A DNA stretch of 64,000 nucleotides, from the NCBI GenBank assembly GCA_965217865.1, contig CBDCJO010000002.1:3680001-3744000 (forward strand). The letters run 5' to 3'. A program made the position numbers and the translations under genes. The notes beneath the pieces were generated by a model, which saw only the letters and a program-made list of their open reading frames with translations, did not search any database and was not told the DNA's origin. Below are positions 63,314 through 64,000 of this stretch, one piece after another (the stretch's first letter is position 1; every line of letters begins with the position of its first letter). Origin of the DNA: Candidatus Latescibacterota bacterium (lineage in GTDB: Bacteria > Latescibacterota > UBA2968 > SICM01).

Positions 63314-63464
63314 TCAAGAGCCAAAAAGTCAGAATTTCGGTGTCCAGGGCACCGAAGTGGGGGGGCAGGCCGTGGTTCTACAATAGAAGAAAACCAAATC
63401 AAACCTATTGAGAAGCGACAACAGGTAACAGAAGCCATTGCAGAACAATACCTCTGGCCTGCAA

Positions 63465-64000
63465 ATGCTGAGTGTCGCCGATGGGAGTTGTACCAGCCCT
63501 CGATGTATTGAAATACGGACATCCGGGCTTCGGCCTGTGTGCGGTAGTTTCGGCGATCCAGGCGTTCGCATTCGAGCGTGGCGAAGAAGCTCTCGCATAA
63601 CGCGTTGTCGTAGCAGTCACCGGTGGAGCCCATAGAGGGCCGGACACCGGCCTTGCGGCACCGTAGACCGAAGGCAATGGAGGTGTACTGACATCCCTGG
63701 TCGGAGTGATGGATGACGGCTTCCGGCTGTCGTTGCCAGAGCGCCATATTCAACGCCTCGAGCACCAGCTCGGCGCGCAGATGGGTCGCCATCGCCCAGC
63801 CAACGACGCGGCGGCTCCAGGCGTCCACAACGACCGCGAGATACAGGAAGCCGGCCCACGTACTGATGTAAGTGATGTCGGCTACCCAGAGCTGGTCTGG
63901 CCCGTTAGCCGTGAAATCTCGATTGACCAGGTCAGCAGCGACGCGCCCATCGCGATCACGGTAGGTGGTTCGATGCCGTTTGCGACGACTCACGCCCTCC
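63465..64000 (-). mobile_element. IS3-family transposase OrfB of another element (3' truncated, 5' off window)
   Basis: WVADITY, HHSDQGCQY, DCYDNA..ESFF, WYN..RRHSA. Confidence 0.9.

Noticed and set aside
1-64000. Retron, DGR, group II intron or intact prophage
   Set aside because: No reverse transcriptase motif, template/variable repeat pair or phage structural gene recognised

Overview
Bacterial DNA with no rRNA, tRNA or CRISPR array seen and almost all host genes on the minus strand. Roughly 1-23.5 kb is a tightly packed run of accessory metabolic genes (GH4, DUF4091 hydrolase, M28 peptidase, DHDPS-like, MR/MLE enolase, Ldh_2, PhyH, tag, ProX/YbaK), already interrupted by orphan gene 3' ends. 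From about 24 kb onward the window is a decaying island. It holds four copies of one IS3-family element, an intact IS1380, remnants of IS3/IS110/IS256/IS630/IS1, a 278-bp MITE, a comM 3' fragment, degenerate attC-like sites, scattered pieces of a DUF2924/serine-recombinase/HGGxSTG element, and short fragments resembling defence genes (type I-G Cas3, Avs3a/b, a PD-(D/E)xK-tailed protein, an ATPase, a HigB-like toxin). A few intact modules survive among these: a TonB receptor plus lipoprotein, a partner-switching/periplasmic-binding-protein/histidine-kinase operon, a heparinase II/III plus PhyH pair, and a binding protein. The most notable signals are the patchwork of 100-550 bp fragments with microhomology-bounded deletions, a repeated terminator+promoter module tied to comM, a duplicated structured non-coding element with a small ORF, and a parvulin-like insert in a spermidine-synthase-like membrane protein. 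All calls come from motif recognition by eye; no database searches were run, and boundaries of fragments are approximate.
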